Shown here in pieces: positions 9,618-18,914 of a stretch of DNA of 64,000 bases. Location: contig CAYPYS010000002.1 in the NCBI GenBank assembly GCA_964415355.1, positions 8,048-72,047 on the forward strand. The letters are read 5' to 3'. A program made the translations under genes and the position numbers. The number at the start of each line of letters is the position of its first letter. Position 1 is the stretch's first letter. The DNA is from an uncultured Planctomycetia bacterium (lineage in GTDB: Bacteria > Omnitrophota > Gorgyraeia > Gorgyraeales > Gorgyraeaceae). Below the pieces are notes generated by a model. That model worked only from the letters and a program-made list of their open reading frames with translations. It was not told the origin of the DNA and did no database searches.

Positions 9618-10049
9618 ATGAAGAAGAAAAAAAAGAAGAAGGCCAGGAGACCCGTTAAGAGAAAAAAGAAGCCGGCTAAAAAGACAAAGAAGCGCAGGGT
9701 AGTTAAGAAGGCAAAGAAAAAGTCCATTAAAAGAAAGAAATCGACCAAGGCCAAGAAAAAAGTAGCCAGAAAGACTGTTTTGCCTCCGGGCGCATCGCTG
9801 GAAGAGATAGGGGTCGTGACTCATTATTTTTCTCATGTCGAGGCCGCTGTTATTAAAATGACCAGAGGTTCGCTTTCTCAGGGAGACACAATCGTTATTA
9901 AGGGGCACACGACTGATTTTAAGGAAAAGATAAACTCTATGCAGCTGGATCACGCGCCAATATCAAATGCAGTCGCGGGTCAGGAGATAGGCCTAAAGGT
10001 CAAGGCAAAGGTCAGAGAGCACGACACCGTCTATAAACTTATAGTCTAA
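9618..10049 (+). CDS. lysine-rich histone H1-like protein with C-terminal beta-barrel (EF-Tu domain-2-like) domain
   Basis: RBS gagagggggtgg; (K/R)-rich 60-aa N-terminus; the ORF-track start at 9573 is unlikely. Confidence 0.45.
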   Translation: MKKKKKKKARRPVKRKKKPAKKTKKRRVVKKAKKKSIKRKKSTKAKKKVARKTVLPPGASLEEIGVVTHYFSHVEAAVIKMTRGSLSQGDTIVIKGHTTDFKEKINSMQLDHAPISNAVAGQEIGLKVKAKVREHDTVYKLIV

Positions 10050-10119
10050 CTTTACACCCCGCTTTACTTCCTTAAGGACTCGCGGGGCATGCTTTAACGT
10101 TGTTGAAATGTAAAGTTAG
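10047..10119. repeat. palindromic intergenic element copy 6 interrupted by a 35-bp hairpin insertion (10057-10091)
   Basis: taactttaca [ccccgc...gcggggcatg] ctttaacgttgttgaaatgtaaagttag. Confidence 0.75.
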
Positions 10120-10265
10120 AGATGCTGTATCTTGAATTTCTCGTAGTCGTGTGATATAATTATAGCGAAGCCGATAAAGTTATAAAAATACGCCTGATAT
10201 AAGGCAAAGCCAGATCGCGCTATGCGATCAATCTTTATCGGCTTCTTTTTTTATCTAGCGAGGAA

Positions 10266-12050
10266 ATGGTAAATTACTCTAAAAGAGAAGATATAGGAGT
10301 AATCGAGTTTAACGATACGGATTCCAAGGTCAATCTCCTTTCGCGTGCAAATCTGGATGCATTAACGCATATCATAGATCGAATCATTGAGCAGGAAAAT
10401 CCCTTAAAATCTTTGTTTTTCGTCAGCAAAAAAGAGGATATATTCATAGCCGGCGCTGACATAAAGGAATTAGCAGAAATCCGCACGAGAGAACAGGCGC
10501 TTGAGCTGTGCAGGAAAGGCCAGGAGCTGTTCAATAAAATAGAAGGCCTGGATTTTCCTACCTTTGCGGTCGTAAACGGCGCATGTATCGGAGGGGGATT
10601 AGAGCTGGCTCTTTCTTGCAGGTATATTTTTTCCACTAATAACAAAAAAGTAAGATTCGGGCTTCCAGAGATAAAACTGGGGATTGTTCCAGGTTTTGGA
10701 GGGATCCATCGCCTGATACACAGGGTAGGGCTGCGTAGCGCCAACTCTCTTATTTTTTCAGGTAAGCTTATTAACGTAAAGGAAGCCCTGGATTTAGATC
10801 TTATAAGTCGAATCATCCCTGAGCCGCAGCAATTTTGTTACAAAAAACTCAACTCTTCTATGTGGCGGCCCGTTCACCGCGAAGAACCTGATCGGAAACT
10901 GACAGACGAGATCGAGAAGCATGAAAGAGAGATTTTAGCAGATAAGATACTTCAGGAGCATGCCAAAAATTCTTTTTCCGCGTATTTACTCGCAAGTAAA
11001 TATAAAAATTACAAGTGGGCTGACAATGGAACTGACAGAGAGTGTTCTGTGAATAGATGCGCGATCGCAGGCGCTGGCGCTATGGGCAGAGGTATTGCCT
11101 ATCTAGTAAGCTCTGAGATGGGCATATCAGTTGATTTAAGGGAAATAGACAAGGCTGCCCTGAAGAAAGCCAGGCTGTATATAAAAAGGGTTTATGATGA
11201 CGCGGTAGAAAGGGGCTTGTTGCGCCCGGCCGAAGCCAGGGGCAGATTCAAATGTATAGCCTTTGGAAACGGTTGCCTCAAGGAAGCAGATATAGTCATT
11301 GAAACAGTGACAGAGGACATTGCAACAAAAAAGAGTCTTTTTGCTAAAACAGAACCTGAGCTGCGGAAAAACTGTATCATAGCCTCAAACACATCCTGTA
11401 TCTCTATAAATGAATTAGCAAAATCTCTTGAACGGCCTGAAAATTTTATTGGAGTACATTTTTTTAATCCAGCTTATAAGATGAAACTGGTAGAAGTTGT
11501 TCCTTCAGAGCTTACAGACAGGTCGGTGATAGAGAGGACGATGCTTTTCTTGCAGAGACTCAGGAAAATACCTGTGATCGTAAAGGATAGCCCTGGATTT
11601 CTTGTTAATAGAATGCTCTTGCCTTACCTTAACGAGGCCCTGTTTATGTTGCAGGAAGGACATTCGGCAGAAGATATAGATGCTGCGATGCTTTGGTTTG
11701 GCATGCCGGTCGGACCGTTACGGCTTTTAAACGATATAGGGATAGGGGTGGTTTATAGGGCGAGCAGGATACTGGAGGATGGATTCGGGTCCAGGCTGAG
11801 AATGTCGAAGATGTTAGAGGAATTATTCGATCAAGGCAAGTCCTTAAATGCAAAAAATATTACCCATGACCTGAGGAAGACGCCTTTTCTTAAAAGTAAA
11901 TTATATCAAGACATTGTCAGTAGATTGCTTTTCCCTGTACAGAGAGAAGCTAGGCTTTGCCTGGAAGAGAAGGTCGTGGAGACCAAGGAGATCGTAGACC
12001 TGGCGTTGTTGCTTGGCGTCGGATTTCCCGGTTCCAAAAGGATCTGGTAA
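10266..12050 (+). CDS. fatty-acid oxidation multifunctional protein (enoyl-CoA hydratase plus 3-hydroxyacyl-CoA dehydrogenase), FadB/FadJ-like
   Basis: N-terminal crotonase fold; AGAGAMGRGIAY Rossmann motif; 3HCDH C-terminal domains. Confidence 0.75.
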   Translation: MVNYSKREDIGVIEFNDTDSKVNLLSRANLDALTHIIDRIIEQENPLKSLFFVSKKEDIFIAGADIKELAEIRTREQALELCRKGQELFNKIEGLDFPTFAVVNGACIGGGLELALSCRYIFSTNNKKVRFGLPEIKLGIVPGFGGIHRLIHRVGLRSANSLIFSGKLINVKEALDLDLISRIIPEPQQFCYKKLNSSMWRPVHREEPDRKLTDEIEKHEREILADKILQEHAKNSFSAYLLASKYKNYKWADNGTDRECSVNRCAIAGAGAMGRGIAYLVSSEMGISVDLREIDKAALKKARLYIKRVYDDAVERGLLRPAEARGRFKCIAFGNGCLKEADIVIETVTEDIATKKSLFAKTEPELRKNCIIASNTSCISINELAKSLERPENFIGVHFFNPAYKMKLVEVVPSELTDRSVIERTMLFLQRLRKIPVIVKDSPGFLVNRMLLPYLNEALFMLQEGHSAEDIDAAMLWFGMPVGPLRLLNDIGIGVVYRASRILEDGFGSRLRMSKMLEELFDQGKSLNAKNITHDLRKTPFLKSKLYQDIVSRLLFPVQREARLCLEEKVVETKEIVDLALLLGVGFPGSKRIW

Positions 12051-12086
12051 CTTTACACTTTAACGTTGTTGAAATGTAAAGTTAGG
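12048..12086. repeat. palindromic intergenic element copy 7
   Basis: taactttacactttaacgttgttgaaatgtaaagttaggg. Confidence 0.85.
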
Positions 12087-12095
12087 GATTGAGAT

Positions 12096-13634
12096 ATGCA
12101 TTCCAAAGTAATATCTATTTATAGTATTACGGAGAGGCAGAGCAAAAAAGAGTACGCTATCAATCTCGCAACAGCCCTGTCCATTGTTACCAAAGAAAAG
12201 GTCATGCTTATAGAGGCAGGCCAGCCTTCTGCAAGCATAAGGGAATCGCTCAAGATAGGTAACGGTATATTGAAAAACAGAGTACTACCTACTGACATAG
12301 GACTGGACATCTTAAGCTTAGAGCAGGTCAGATGGAATCAGCTGGGTCAATTTAAAAACAAATACAGATACATAGTTGTGGATGTTTATAGCGATCCTGC
12401 TGCGCTGGATTTTGGCGTATTTCATTTTTCTGATTCAGTTCATCTGTTTTTGGATTCCACCAAAGATGATCTCGAGGGCGGGTATAAGTTTTTTGAAGAA
12501 GTGCTCAATAGAGGGGAAAGAGATATAAATAGGGCGTTGAAGGTCATTGTAAACAGGCTGAATATATTTGATAAGCTTTCTGTCGAGGAGATGTCTTGGC
12601 TGGTCAGGAGGGACATATGGGGCGTAGTGCCTGAACCAGGCGCATTGGACGCGTCTGTAGATTTAAAGGGGAGACCTTTGGTTTTAAGATCCCATGTATC
12701 GGATTATTCTAAGTCAGTGCTAAGGCTGGCGAAGAGAGAGGCTGGGATGCTTTTGGGTCTGGCTCTTGGAAGCGGGGCTGCTTTTGGCCTTGCGCACATA
12801 GGTGTCTTGAATATCCTGGAAGAAAGAAATATCCCGGTGGATATTGTTTCCGGTTCTAGCATAGGCGCGCTTATTGCGAGTCTATGGGGGCTGGGATTTT
12901 CTCCTTCAGAGATGGAACTTATCGCGAGAAAACTTAAAAACAAGCTTAATATAATGAGGTTGATGGATTTTACAATACCTATATCTAGCATACTGGCCGG
13001 CAAGAGACTGAAGGTGTTTTTGATGAATATATTGGGAGAAAAAAGATTTGAAGATTTAAAAATACCTGTTAAGATAATGGTATACGACCTGGCCAACAGG
13101 GAAACACTTACGATAGAAAAAGGCAGACTGGTAGATGCTGTCTATGCCAGCATTGCGATACCAGGCATCTTTAAGCCGAAGGCGGACAGAGACAGATTGA
13201 TAGTTGACGGGGGAGTTTCGGATCCTGTGCCTGTCGACATATTATTAAAGCAAGGCGTTAAAAAAATAATAGCAGTAAATGTTTTGCCGGGCCCTAAGGA
13301 TATACACAAAAGGAATATGCTGTTAAAAAAGAGGGCAGCGAAAGAAACTGATGCGCTATGCCGGGCGCCGTTTTACATAAAATCGGCAGCCAATGTTCGA
13401 AAATTTTTTAGAAAAGTTTTTAACCCGAACATATTTGATATTATCATGACCAGCATGCAGTCGATAGAATACGTTCTTGCCGAGAATAGCTGCAAGAAGG
13501 CCAGCGTGGCGCTGCGCCCTGTATTAGCTGAAGCGACCTCTATAGATTTTCAATTAGTTAAGGATTTTATCAGGACAGGAGAGGGAGAGGCGTTGTCGCA
13601 TATCAAAGAGATAGAAGATCTGATCTCTAGATAA
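12096..13634 (+). CDS. patatin-like phospholipase with about 220-aa N-terminal degenerate ParA/MinD-like domain
   Basis: GSSIGA (GxSxG) and DGG catalytic dyad motifs; N-terminus resembles P-loop ATPase but lacks GKT. Confidence 0.6.
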   Translation: MHSKVISIYSITERQSKKEYAINLATALSIVTKEKVMLIEAGQPSASIRESLKIGNGILKNRVLPTDIGLDILSLEQVRWNQLGQFKNKYRYIVVDVYSDPAALDFGVFHFSDSVHLFLDSTKDDLEGGYKFFEEVLNRGERDINRALKVIVNRLNIFDKLSVEEMSWLVRRDIWGVVPEPGALDASVDLKGRPLVLRSHVSDYSKSVLRLAKREAGMLLGLALGSGAAFGLAHIGVLNILEERNIPVDIVSGSSIGALIASLWGLGFSPSEMELIARKLKNKLNIMRLMDFTIPISSILAGKRLKVFLMNILGEKRFEDLKIPVKIMVYDLANRETLTIEKGRLVDAVYASIAIPGIFKPKADRDRLIVDGGVSDPVPVDILLKQGVKKIIAVNVLPGPKDIHKRNMLLKKRAAKETDALCRAPFYIKSAANVRKFFRKVFNPNIFDIIMTSMQSIEYVLAENSCKKASVALRPVLAEATSIDFQLVKDFIRTGEGEALSHIKEIEDLISR

Positions 13635-13645
13635 AAAGGATCCAG

Positions 13646-14803
13646 ATGGAAAAAAAGACAATAAAGACACTATTAATAGAATTTGGCCCGCAGAATATAA
13701 CGAAGATAGAAAATGTCTTTGCGGGACAAATAGACGTTTCCTACGAGATCTTGTTATTGCAGAAGGAGGAAAAAGTCCTTAATAAAGTCGATAGAGGGGA
13801 CTTTGACGTAATTCTTCTTTCGTGCGACATCCCGGGGTCTAATGGCATTGAAATGCTTTCTGATCTGCAATACAAAGAGCTTAAGGGCCCGGTTATTATG
13901 ATGGCCAATAAGGAGGATGAGGAGTTTTCTGCTCAGGCAATGCGGTTGGGCGCATATGATTTTGTAATACGCAATGAAGGCTTCGAAAAAGGGCTGCCTC
14001 TGGTCATACATAATGCCCTTATAGCCTTTCGGGCAGCAAAAGAAAGAGAGAGATTACAGAATGAAATAGCCGCGAAGAAATCAGAATTAGAGTCGGCGAA
14101 CAAGAGATTAAAGGAGCTGGATAACCTAAAGTCCAGTTTTGTTTCAAATGTGGCCCATGAGTTCAGGACCCCTTTGACTATTATAAAGGGCAATGTTGAC
14201 ATGGTCGTCAAGGGCCGCCTCGGAAATGTATCGCCTGAACAGAAAGACATGCTTGATGGCGCCGTAAATATCGCCAATAGATTATCCAGGCTTGTAAATG
14301 ATCTGCTGGATATATCAAAGATAGAATCCGGAAAACTACAATTAAAGAAAAAACCTGTAAATATAAATGAGATAATCGAGCAGAACATCAATATTTTTGA
14401 TAAGATATTAAAAGACAAAAAGCAGACCCTTAAAAAAGAGCTTGCCAGGAAATCCTTGGTCGTAAATGCCGACCTGGATAAAACAACACAGGTCTTTGTA
14501 AATCTTCTCAGTAATGCCATAAAATACAGTCCAGAAGGCGGGACTATAACAGTAAAAAGCCTGGATTTAGAAAAAGAGATAATGGTGGAAGTCTCGGATG
14601 CCGGCGAAGGAATATGCCTGGAAGATATAGATAAGATATTCGACAAGTTCACGCGCGTGACTGCCGAGAAAAAAGAAGGCACAGGCTTGGGCCTTCCTAT
14701 AGCAAAAGATATCGTAGAGCTTCATAAAGGGAGGATGTGGGTGAAGAGTGAAGCTGGCAAGGGAAGCCAGTTTTACTTTACCCTTCCAAAGTCAGGCGCT
14801 TAA
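13646..14803 (+). CDS. hybrid response-regulator receiver plus histidine kinase (HisKA plus HATPase_c)
   Basis: receiver Asp in LLSCDIPG; H-box VAHEFRTPLT; G-boxes. Confidence 0.65.
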   Translation: MEKKTIKTLLIEFGPQNITKIENVFAGQIDVSYEILLLQKEEKVLNKVDRGDFDVILLSCDIPGSNGIEMLSDLQYKELKGPVIMMANKEDEEFSAQAMRLGAYDFVIRNEGFEKGLPLVIHNALIAFRAAKERERLQNEIAAKKSELESANKRLKELDNLKSSFVSNVAHEFRTPLTIIKGNVDMVVKGRLGNVSPEQKDMLDGAVNIANRLSRLVNDLLDISKIESGKLQLKKKPVNINEIIEQNINIFDKILKDKKQTLKKELARKSLVVNADLDKTTQVFVNLLSNAIKYSPEGGTITVKSLDLEKEIMVEVSDAGEGICLEDIDKIFDKFTRVTAEKKEGTGLGLPIAKDIVELHKGRMWVKSEAGKGSQFYFTLPKSGA

Positions 14804-14814
14804 AGGAGAAGCAG

Positions 14815-14949
14815 ATGAAGAAAGCATTGCTTATGATTTTATTGTTAATTTTGATCCCTGCTGTAGCAACGGGTTGTGCCCGTACGAAGCGCATTGCCAA
14901 TGACATCGATTGGGTTGTCTTTGACGGCGAACCCAAGAAAGACAACTAA
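14815..14949 (+). CDS. 44-aa lipoprotein-like peptide (MKKALLMILLLILIPAVATGCAR...), stop TAA inside repeat copy 8
   Basis: RBS aaggagaagcag; lipobox ATGC; not in ORF track (<60 aa). Confidence 0.25.
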   Translation: MKKALLMILLLILIPAVATGCARTKRIANDIDWVVFDGEPKKDN

Positions 14950-14985
14950 CTTTACATTTCAACAACGTTAAAGTGTAAAGTTAGG
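14947..14985. repeat. palindromic intergenic element copy 8
   Basis: taactttacatttcaacaacgttaaagtgtaaagttaggg. Confidence 0.85.
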
Positions 14986-15025
14986 GATTTTATTCTTAAT
15001 TATAGAGAGACAGAGGAGGACTTGC

Positions 15026-15739
15026 ATGTTTATAGACATGATGAAAGAAGATATAAAATCTGCCAAAGAAAAAGATCCGGCAGTAAAAAACGCTCTGGAA
15101 ATAATATTATGCTATCCAGGGCTTCATGCCCTATGGTTTCATAGAATAGCCAAATTTTTCTATCTGAAAAGGTTTTATGTGATAGCAAGGATCATCTCTC
15201 ATGCATCAAGATTTCTTACGGGGATAGAGATACATCCTGGAGCAAAAATAGGCCGCCGTGTCTTTATAGACCATGGCATGGGCGTTGTCGTCGGTGAGAC
15301 CGCTGAGATAGGGGACAATGTGCTTCTTTATAAAGGGGTGGTTTTAGGCGGCACAAGCCTTGAGAAAGGAAAACGTCACCCGACAGTTGGGAAAAACGTT
15401 GTCATAGGTTCCAACTCGTGTATCCTCGGACCGGTTACGATAGGCGACAATGCAAAGATAGGGTCCGGTTCTGTTGTTATAAAAGACGTTCCTGCAGGCG
15501 CGACTGTGGTGGGCGTGCCCGGCAAGGTCGTTGAGAAAAAGACAATGGAAAAATTAACCCTGGATTTCGAGCATGGTAATTTACCTGATCCTATAGCAGA
15601 TGTTGTGCGCATCATGCTAAAGATGCAGCACGAATTAGAAGAGAGATTAAAGACTATAGAGAAAGATCATAACATAAAGACGAGGGGCATTTTTCACGAT
15701 TACGAAGAGAAGGCCACTGAGGAGTTGCCAGGTCAATAG
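15026..15739 (+). CDS. cysE: serine O-acetyltransferase
   Basis: hexapeptide-repeat LbH region; characteristic N-terminal SAT helix domain ([13 protein letters not shown]...). Confidence 0.8.
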   Translation: MFIDMMKEDIKSAKEKDPAVKNALEIILCYPGLHALWFHRIAKFFYLKRFYVIARIISHASRFLTGIEIHPGAKIGRRVFIDHGMGVVVGETAEIGDNVLLYKGVVLGGTSLEKGKRHPTVGKNVVIGSNSCILGPVTIGDNAKIGSGSVVIKDVPAGATVVGVPGKVVEKKTMEKLTLDFEHGNLPDPIADVVRIMLKMQHELEERLKTIEKDHNIKTRGIFHDYEEKATEELPGQ

Positions 15740-15843
15740 ATCGAGGAATTTGACAAAACTCCGACGGGGGTGCTATACTTATTTCGAATTTATACCTTGC
15801 GAAAAAAAGGGGTTTCGCGAGGTGAATGAAAAGGAGTAGAATC

Positions 15844-16044
15844 ATGAAAGGGAAGATCAAGTGGTTTGATAACAAAAAAGGTTATGGGTTTATTGTTCCT
15901 GAAAACGGCAAGGAAGTATTTGTCCATCACACAGCTATAAAGGCAGAAGGTTACAGGAGCCTTGCAGAGGGAGAAGAAGTGGAATTTGATATCGTTCAGG
16001 GCCCAAAGGGAGAGCAAGCAGCTAACGTAGTCAAGCTGTCGTAA
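15844..16044 (+). CDS. cspA: cold-shock protein (CspA family)
   Basis: [17 protein letters not shown]...FVHH RNP motifs; RBS aaggag. Confidence 0.85.
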   Translation: MKGKIKWFDNKKGYGFIVPENGKEVFVHHTAIKAEGYRSLAEGEEVEFDIVQGPKGEQAANVVKLS

Positions 16045-16062
16045 TCTATATAGTAATTTTTT

Positions 16063-16101
16063 ATCCCCGCATCTTTTTATATAAGGTGCGGGGTATTTTT
16101 T
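16063..16101 (+). terminator. rho-independent terminator (ccccgca..tgcgggg plus T-run)
   Basis: GC stem then tattttttg. Confidence 0.65.
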
Positions 16102-16104
16102 GAT

Positions 16105-16392
16105 ATGTCTGATTTTATACGAGTATGGACAAAGATTGATATAAGCGATGTTATGGCCCATCTTCTTATAGTCGGTGAGTCCACGGGAGATTGTGCTAAG
16201 TGTCGGGAACTGGGTATAAATTATTCAGAAGCAACTACCTGCCCGAAATGCGGTACGCCTTTTAAATATATCACTTCCCGGACCAGAGAAGTAACAAGAA
16301 TAAAAAATAAAAGGCCTCATCTAGTATTTATTGATTTCGACGATTACAAAAAGGCAACAGGTAAGTTAAAAGCCAGGGGATTGTTCGGTTAG
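16105..16392 (+). CDS. hypothetical small protein with CxxC...CxxC zinc-ribbon
   Basis: CAKC...CPKC spacing. Confidence 0.3.
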   Translation: MSDFIRVWTKIDISDVMAHLLIVGESTGDCAKCRELGINYSEATTCPKCGTPFKYITSRTREVTRIKNKRPHLVFIDFDDYKKATGKLKARGLFG

Positions 16393-17087
16393 CCTGTTAT
16401 GGGATATTTTATTACAGACCAGAGTACATTGAGCGAACAAAGAGGGTGGAATTTTTTCCCTTCCTTGAAAGTCCTCGCCTTATAAGGGACAGCTGTTTCT
16501 TTTATCTTAAAACCTCTCTTGGTAACTTTCGTAGTAAGCTCGGCGTCGGTTCCAAAGCCTTTGCAGGTAAGCTTCATGCCTTCCAGCGTCTTTTTTCTAA
16601 AAACTTTAAAGCATGTCATGGGGTCAGTGAGATGTATGCCGTTTAGAAGGTTCATCAGGAGCGTCCCGAAGCGATTGGCGAAAAAATATAACGTACTCAT
16701 GTTTTCCGGATGAGCTTTATATAAGAACCTGGACCCATATACGATGTCAGCATTTCCTTCGACAATCGGTTTTAAAAGCACAGGATAGAGAGATGGCCTG
16801 TATTCCAGATCTGCGTCCTGGATTATTATTATGTCTCCGGTGGCGTGCGGTATGCCTGAGGTAAGCGCGGCGCCTTTACCTTGATTTTTTATATGGTGTA
16901 TGACTTTCATGTCTGGAATGACATTTAGAGCCTTTTCAACTGTTTTGTCAGTGGAACCGTCGTTTATGAGAATGATCTCTTTTTCCCGTATACCCATGTT
17001 CGAGAGGTCGAGAGATTTTATTTCTGACAGTATCTCTTGTATGAAAAGCTCTTCATTATACGCGGGAATCAAAATCGAAAGTTTCAT
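16389..17087 (-). CDS. family-2 glycosyltransferase (polyprenol-phosphate/dolichol-phosphate mannosyltransferase-like)
   Basis: MKLSILIPAYNEE..., DxD (QDADLEY); start trimmed to MKLSIL. Confidence 0.65.
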   Translation of the reverse strand: MKLSILIPAYNEELFIQEILSEIKSLDLSNMGIREKEIILINDGSTDKTVEKALNVIPDMKVIHHIKNQGKGAALTSGIPHATGDIIIIQDADLEYRPSLYPVLLKPIVEGNADIVYGSRFLYKAHPENMSTLYFFANRFGTLLMNLLNGIHLTDPMTCFKVFRKKTLEGMKLTCKGFGTDAELTTKVTKRGFKIKETAVPYKARTFKEGKKFHPLCSLNVLWSVIKYPITG

Positions 17088-17169
17088 AGCCTTTATTATA
17101 ACAGAGTATATTTTCTTTGCAACAATATGATTAGTAAAACTTATAAAGGCACTATGAATCATTCTCGGC

Positions 17170-17206
17170 TAACTTTACACTTTAACGTTGTTGAAATGTA
17201 AAGTTA
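17170..17206. repeat. palindromic intergenic element copy 9
   Basis: ctaactttacactttaacgttgttgaaatgtaaagtta. Confidence 0.85.
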
Positions 17207-17247
17207 TTCTGGTTGACCGTGGATTTTTTTTAATCTATAATAATAAT

Positions 17248-18705
17248 ATGGCAACGAGAAAGGTATTGCTAGCCGAGCACGACAAAAACATCGTAGATAT
17301 ATTGACTTATTTGTTGAAGGCATGGGATTACGAGGTCGTCACTGCAACGGGTGGATTGTCAGTCCTTGGAACAGTAAGACGCGAGCAGCCGGACATAATC
17401 ATTGTTGATTTTAACTTGCCGGAAATAGACGGACTGCAGCTTTCCAAACTCCTAAAAGAAGATTTCCTTACTGCCCATATCCCCGTAATAATACTCATAG
17501 ACAAAAAGCAGATCAGAAAGAAGATGCTCGAGATAGAACAGGGCGTAGATGATTATATCGTAAATCCGCCTGATCCTATTGATCTGGAAGTGAGGATGGA
17601 AATGGCGTTGCGCAGGATAATGCACCAGCTCCACGCGAACGCATTGACGAGACTGCCTGGGAATCGCCAGATAGAAAAGATAATCCAGACGAAGCTTGAG
17701 GAGGGCAAGATTTTTTCAGTGGCATATTATGATATTGATAATTTTAAATCCTTCAATGACAAATATGGATACAGAAAAGGGGATAGCGTGATAAGGCATA
17801 CGGCCTATATCATATCAAATACCGTGAAGAAATATGGAAATAAAAATGATTTCGTAGGGCACATAGGCGGGGATGATTTTGTCGTTGTTACTACGCCTAA
17901 GCGGGAAAGATTGATAGCGTCAGAATCAATACTGGATTTCAACAGGTTGACCTCTTTTCATTATAACGCGAATGACAGGGAGAGGGGTTGCATTGTCGCT
18001 AAAGATCGCAAAGGGAAAGTGGTGGAGATGCCGCTCATGAGTATCTCCGTGGCCATAGCAAGCAACAACGAGTGCAAGATACAGAACATCGTGGAGCTCA
18101 TGGAAATAATAACAGAGATAAAGCGACATTTAAAGACGCTTCCGGGTAGCAATTTTTTAATAAATCGCAGGAAGGAAATAAAAAAGGAGTTTACTCCCGT
18201 AGAAGAGTCGTCTGGCAAGGCCCCTCGCAAAGAATATCGAGCGGAGCCGAAATTTAACTACAGACCTTTAGGCCAGATTCTTCTGGAATCCCAGATTTTA
18301 GATCGTAATCAACTTGAGATGGCTTTGGATAAACATTGGAGCACGGGCCAGAAGATAGGCCAAAGCATCATAGATCTTGGTTATGCTTCGTCAGGTGACA
18401 TTGTGAGGGCATTGGAATCACAGCTTAATATACCGCATTATGACATTAGATCTCTGGATAAAAATAATAAGTTAGAGGAGTGCGCAAAGAACATACCGGA
18501 AAGGCTTATCAAGGAGCGCAGAGTTATTCCTATTGACCAGGAAAAGGATGTGATAAGCGTTGTCATGCTAAATCCCAAGGATATTGAGGCCTTAAACGAA
18601 ATAAGAAGTTTTACTGGATGCAATGTTGCGCCGTTTTTTGTTCTTGAAGGTGAATTTGACGAGATATATAAGAGGGTAATGAAAAAAGCCGATAAAGGCC
18701 AGTAG
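17248..18705 (+). CDS. response regulator: REC plus degenerate GGDEF (GGDDF) plus T2SS-E N-terminal (MshEN-like) domains
   Basis: receiver Asp in IIIVDFNLP; GGDDF in place of GG(D/E)EF; C-terminal tandem GspE_N-like segments; the ORF-track start at 17188 (MLKCKV) is a repeat artefact. Confidence 0.55.
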   Translation: MATRKVLLAEHDKNIVDILTYLLKAWDYEVVTATGGLSVLGTVRREQPDIIIVDFNLPEIDGLQLSKLLKEDFLTAHIPVIILIDKKQIRKKMLEIEQGVDDYIVNPPDPIDLEVRMEMALRRIMHQLHANALTRLPGNRQIEKIIQTKLEEGKIFSVAYYDIDNFKSFNDKYGYRKGDSVIRHTAYIISNTVKKYGNKNDFVGHIGGDDFVVVTTPKRERLIASESILDFNRLTSFHYNANDRERGCIVAKDRKGKVVEMPLMSISVAIASNNECKIQNIVELMEIITEIKRHLKTLPGSNFLINRRKEIKKEFTPVEESSGKAPRKEYRAEPKFNYRPLGQILLESQILDRNQLEMALDKHWSTGQKIGQSIIDLGYASSGDIVRALESQLNIPHYDIRSLDKNNKLEECAKNIPERLIKERRVIPIDQEKDVISVVMLNPKDIEALNEIRSFTGCNVAPFFVLEGEFDEIYKRVMKKADKGQ

Positions 18706-18914
18706 CGTCGGCTTTTCATCGCTCGGTAACCCAGCCACCTTATTACTTCTGATCGCCTAACTAACCCTTTGAAATATAATAGGTTACGGCTTATCACTAG
18801 TAACTTAGGTCTGTTGGCTTTGCGCCCCCTGATTTCTCTAGGGTTCGCCCTTATCGGCTACTATAAGTTTATCATAGATTAGAGGTGTTTTCAAGCCATA
18901 CGAGGAGGAGATGA

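Noticed and set aside
10274-10816. 180-aa minus-strand ORF
   Set aside because: It lies antisense within the fadB-like gene.
13933-14682. 249-aa minus-strand ORF
   Set aside because: It lies antisense inside the clearly motif-supported histidine-kinase gene. It is a low-complexity shadow ORF.
18706-18914. Possible ncRNA or tRNA in the 209-bp gap lacking the palindromic element
   Set aside because: No tRNA cloverleaf signatures (no GTTCRANYC T-loop) and no recognisable riboswitch core. Left unassigned.
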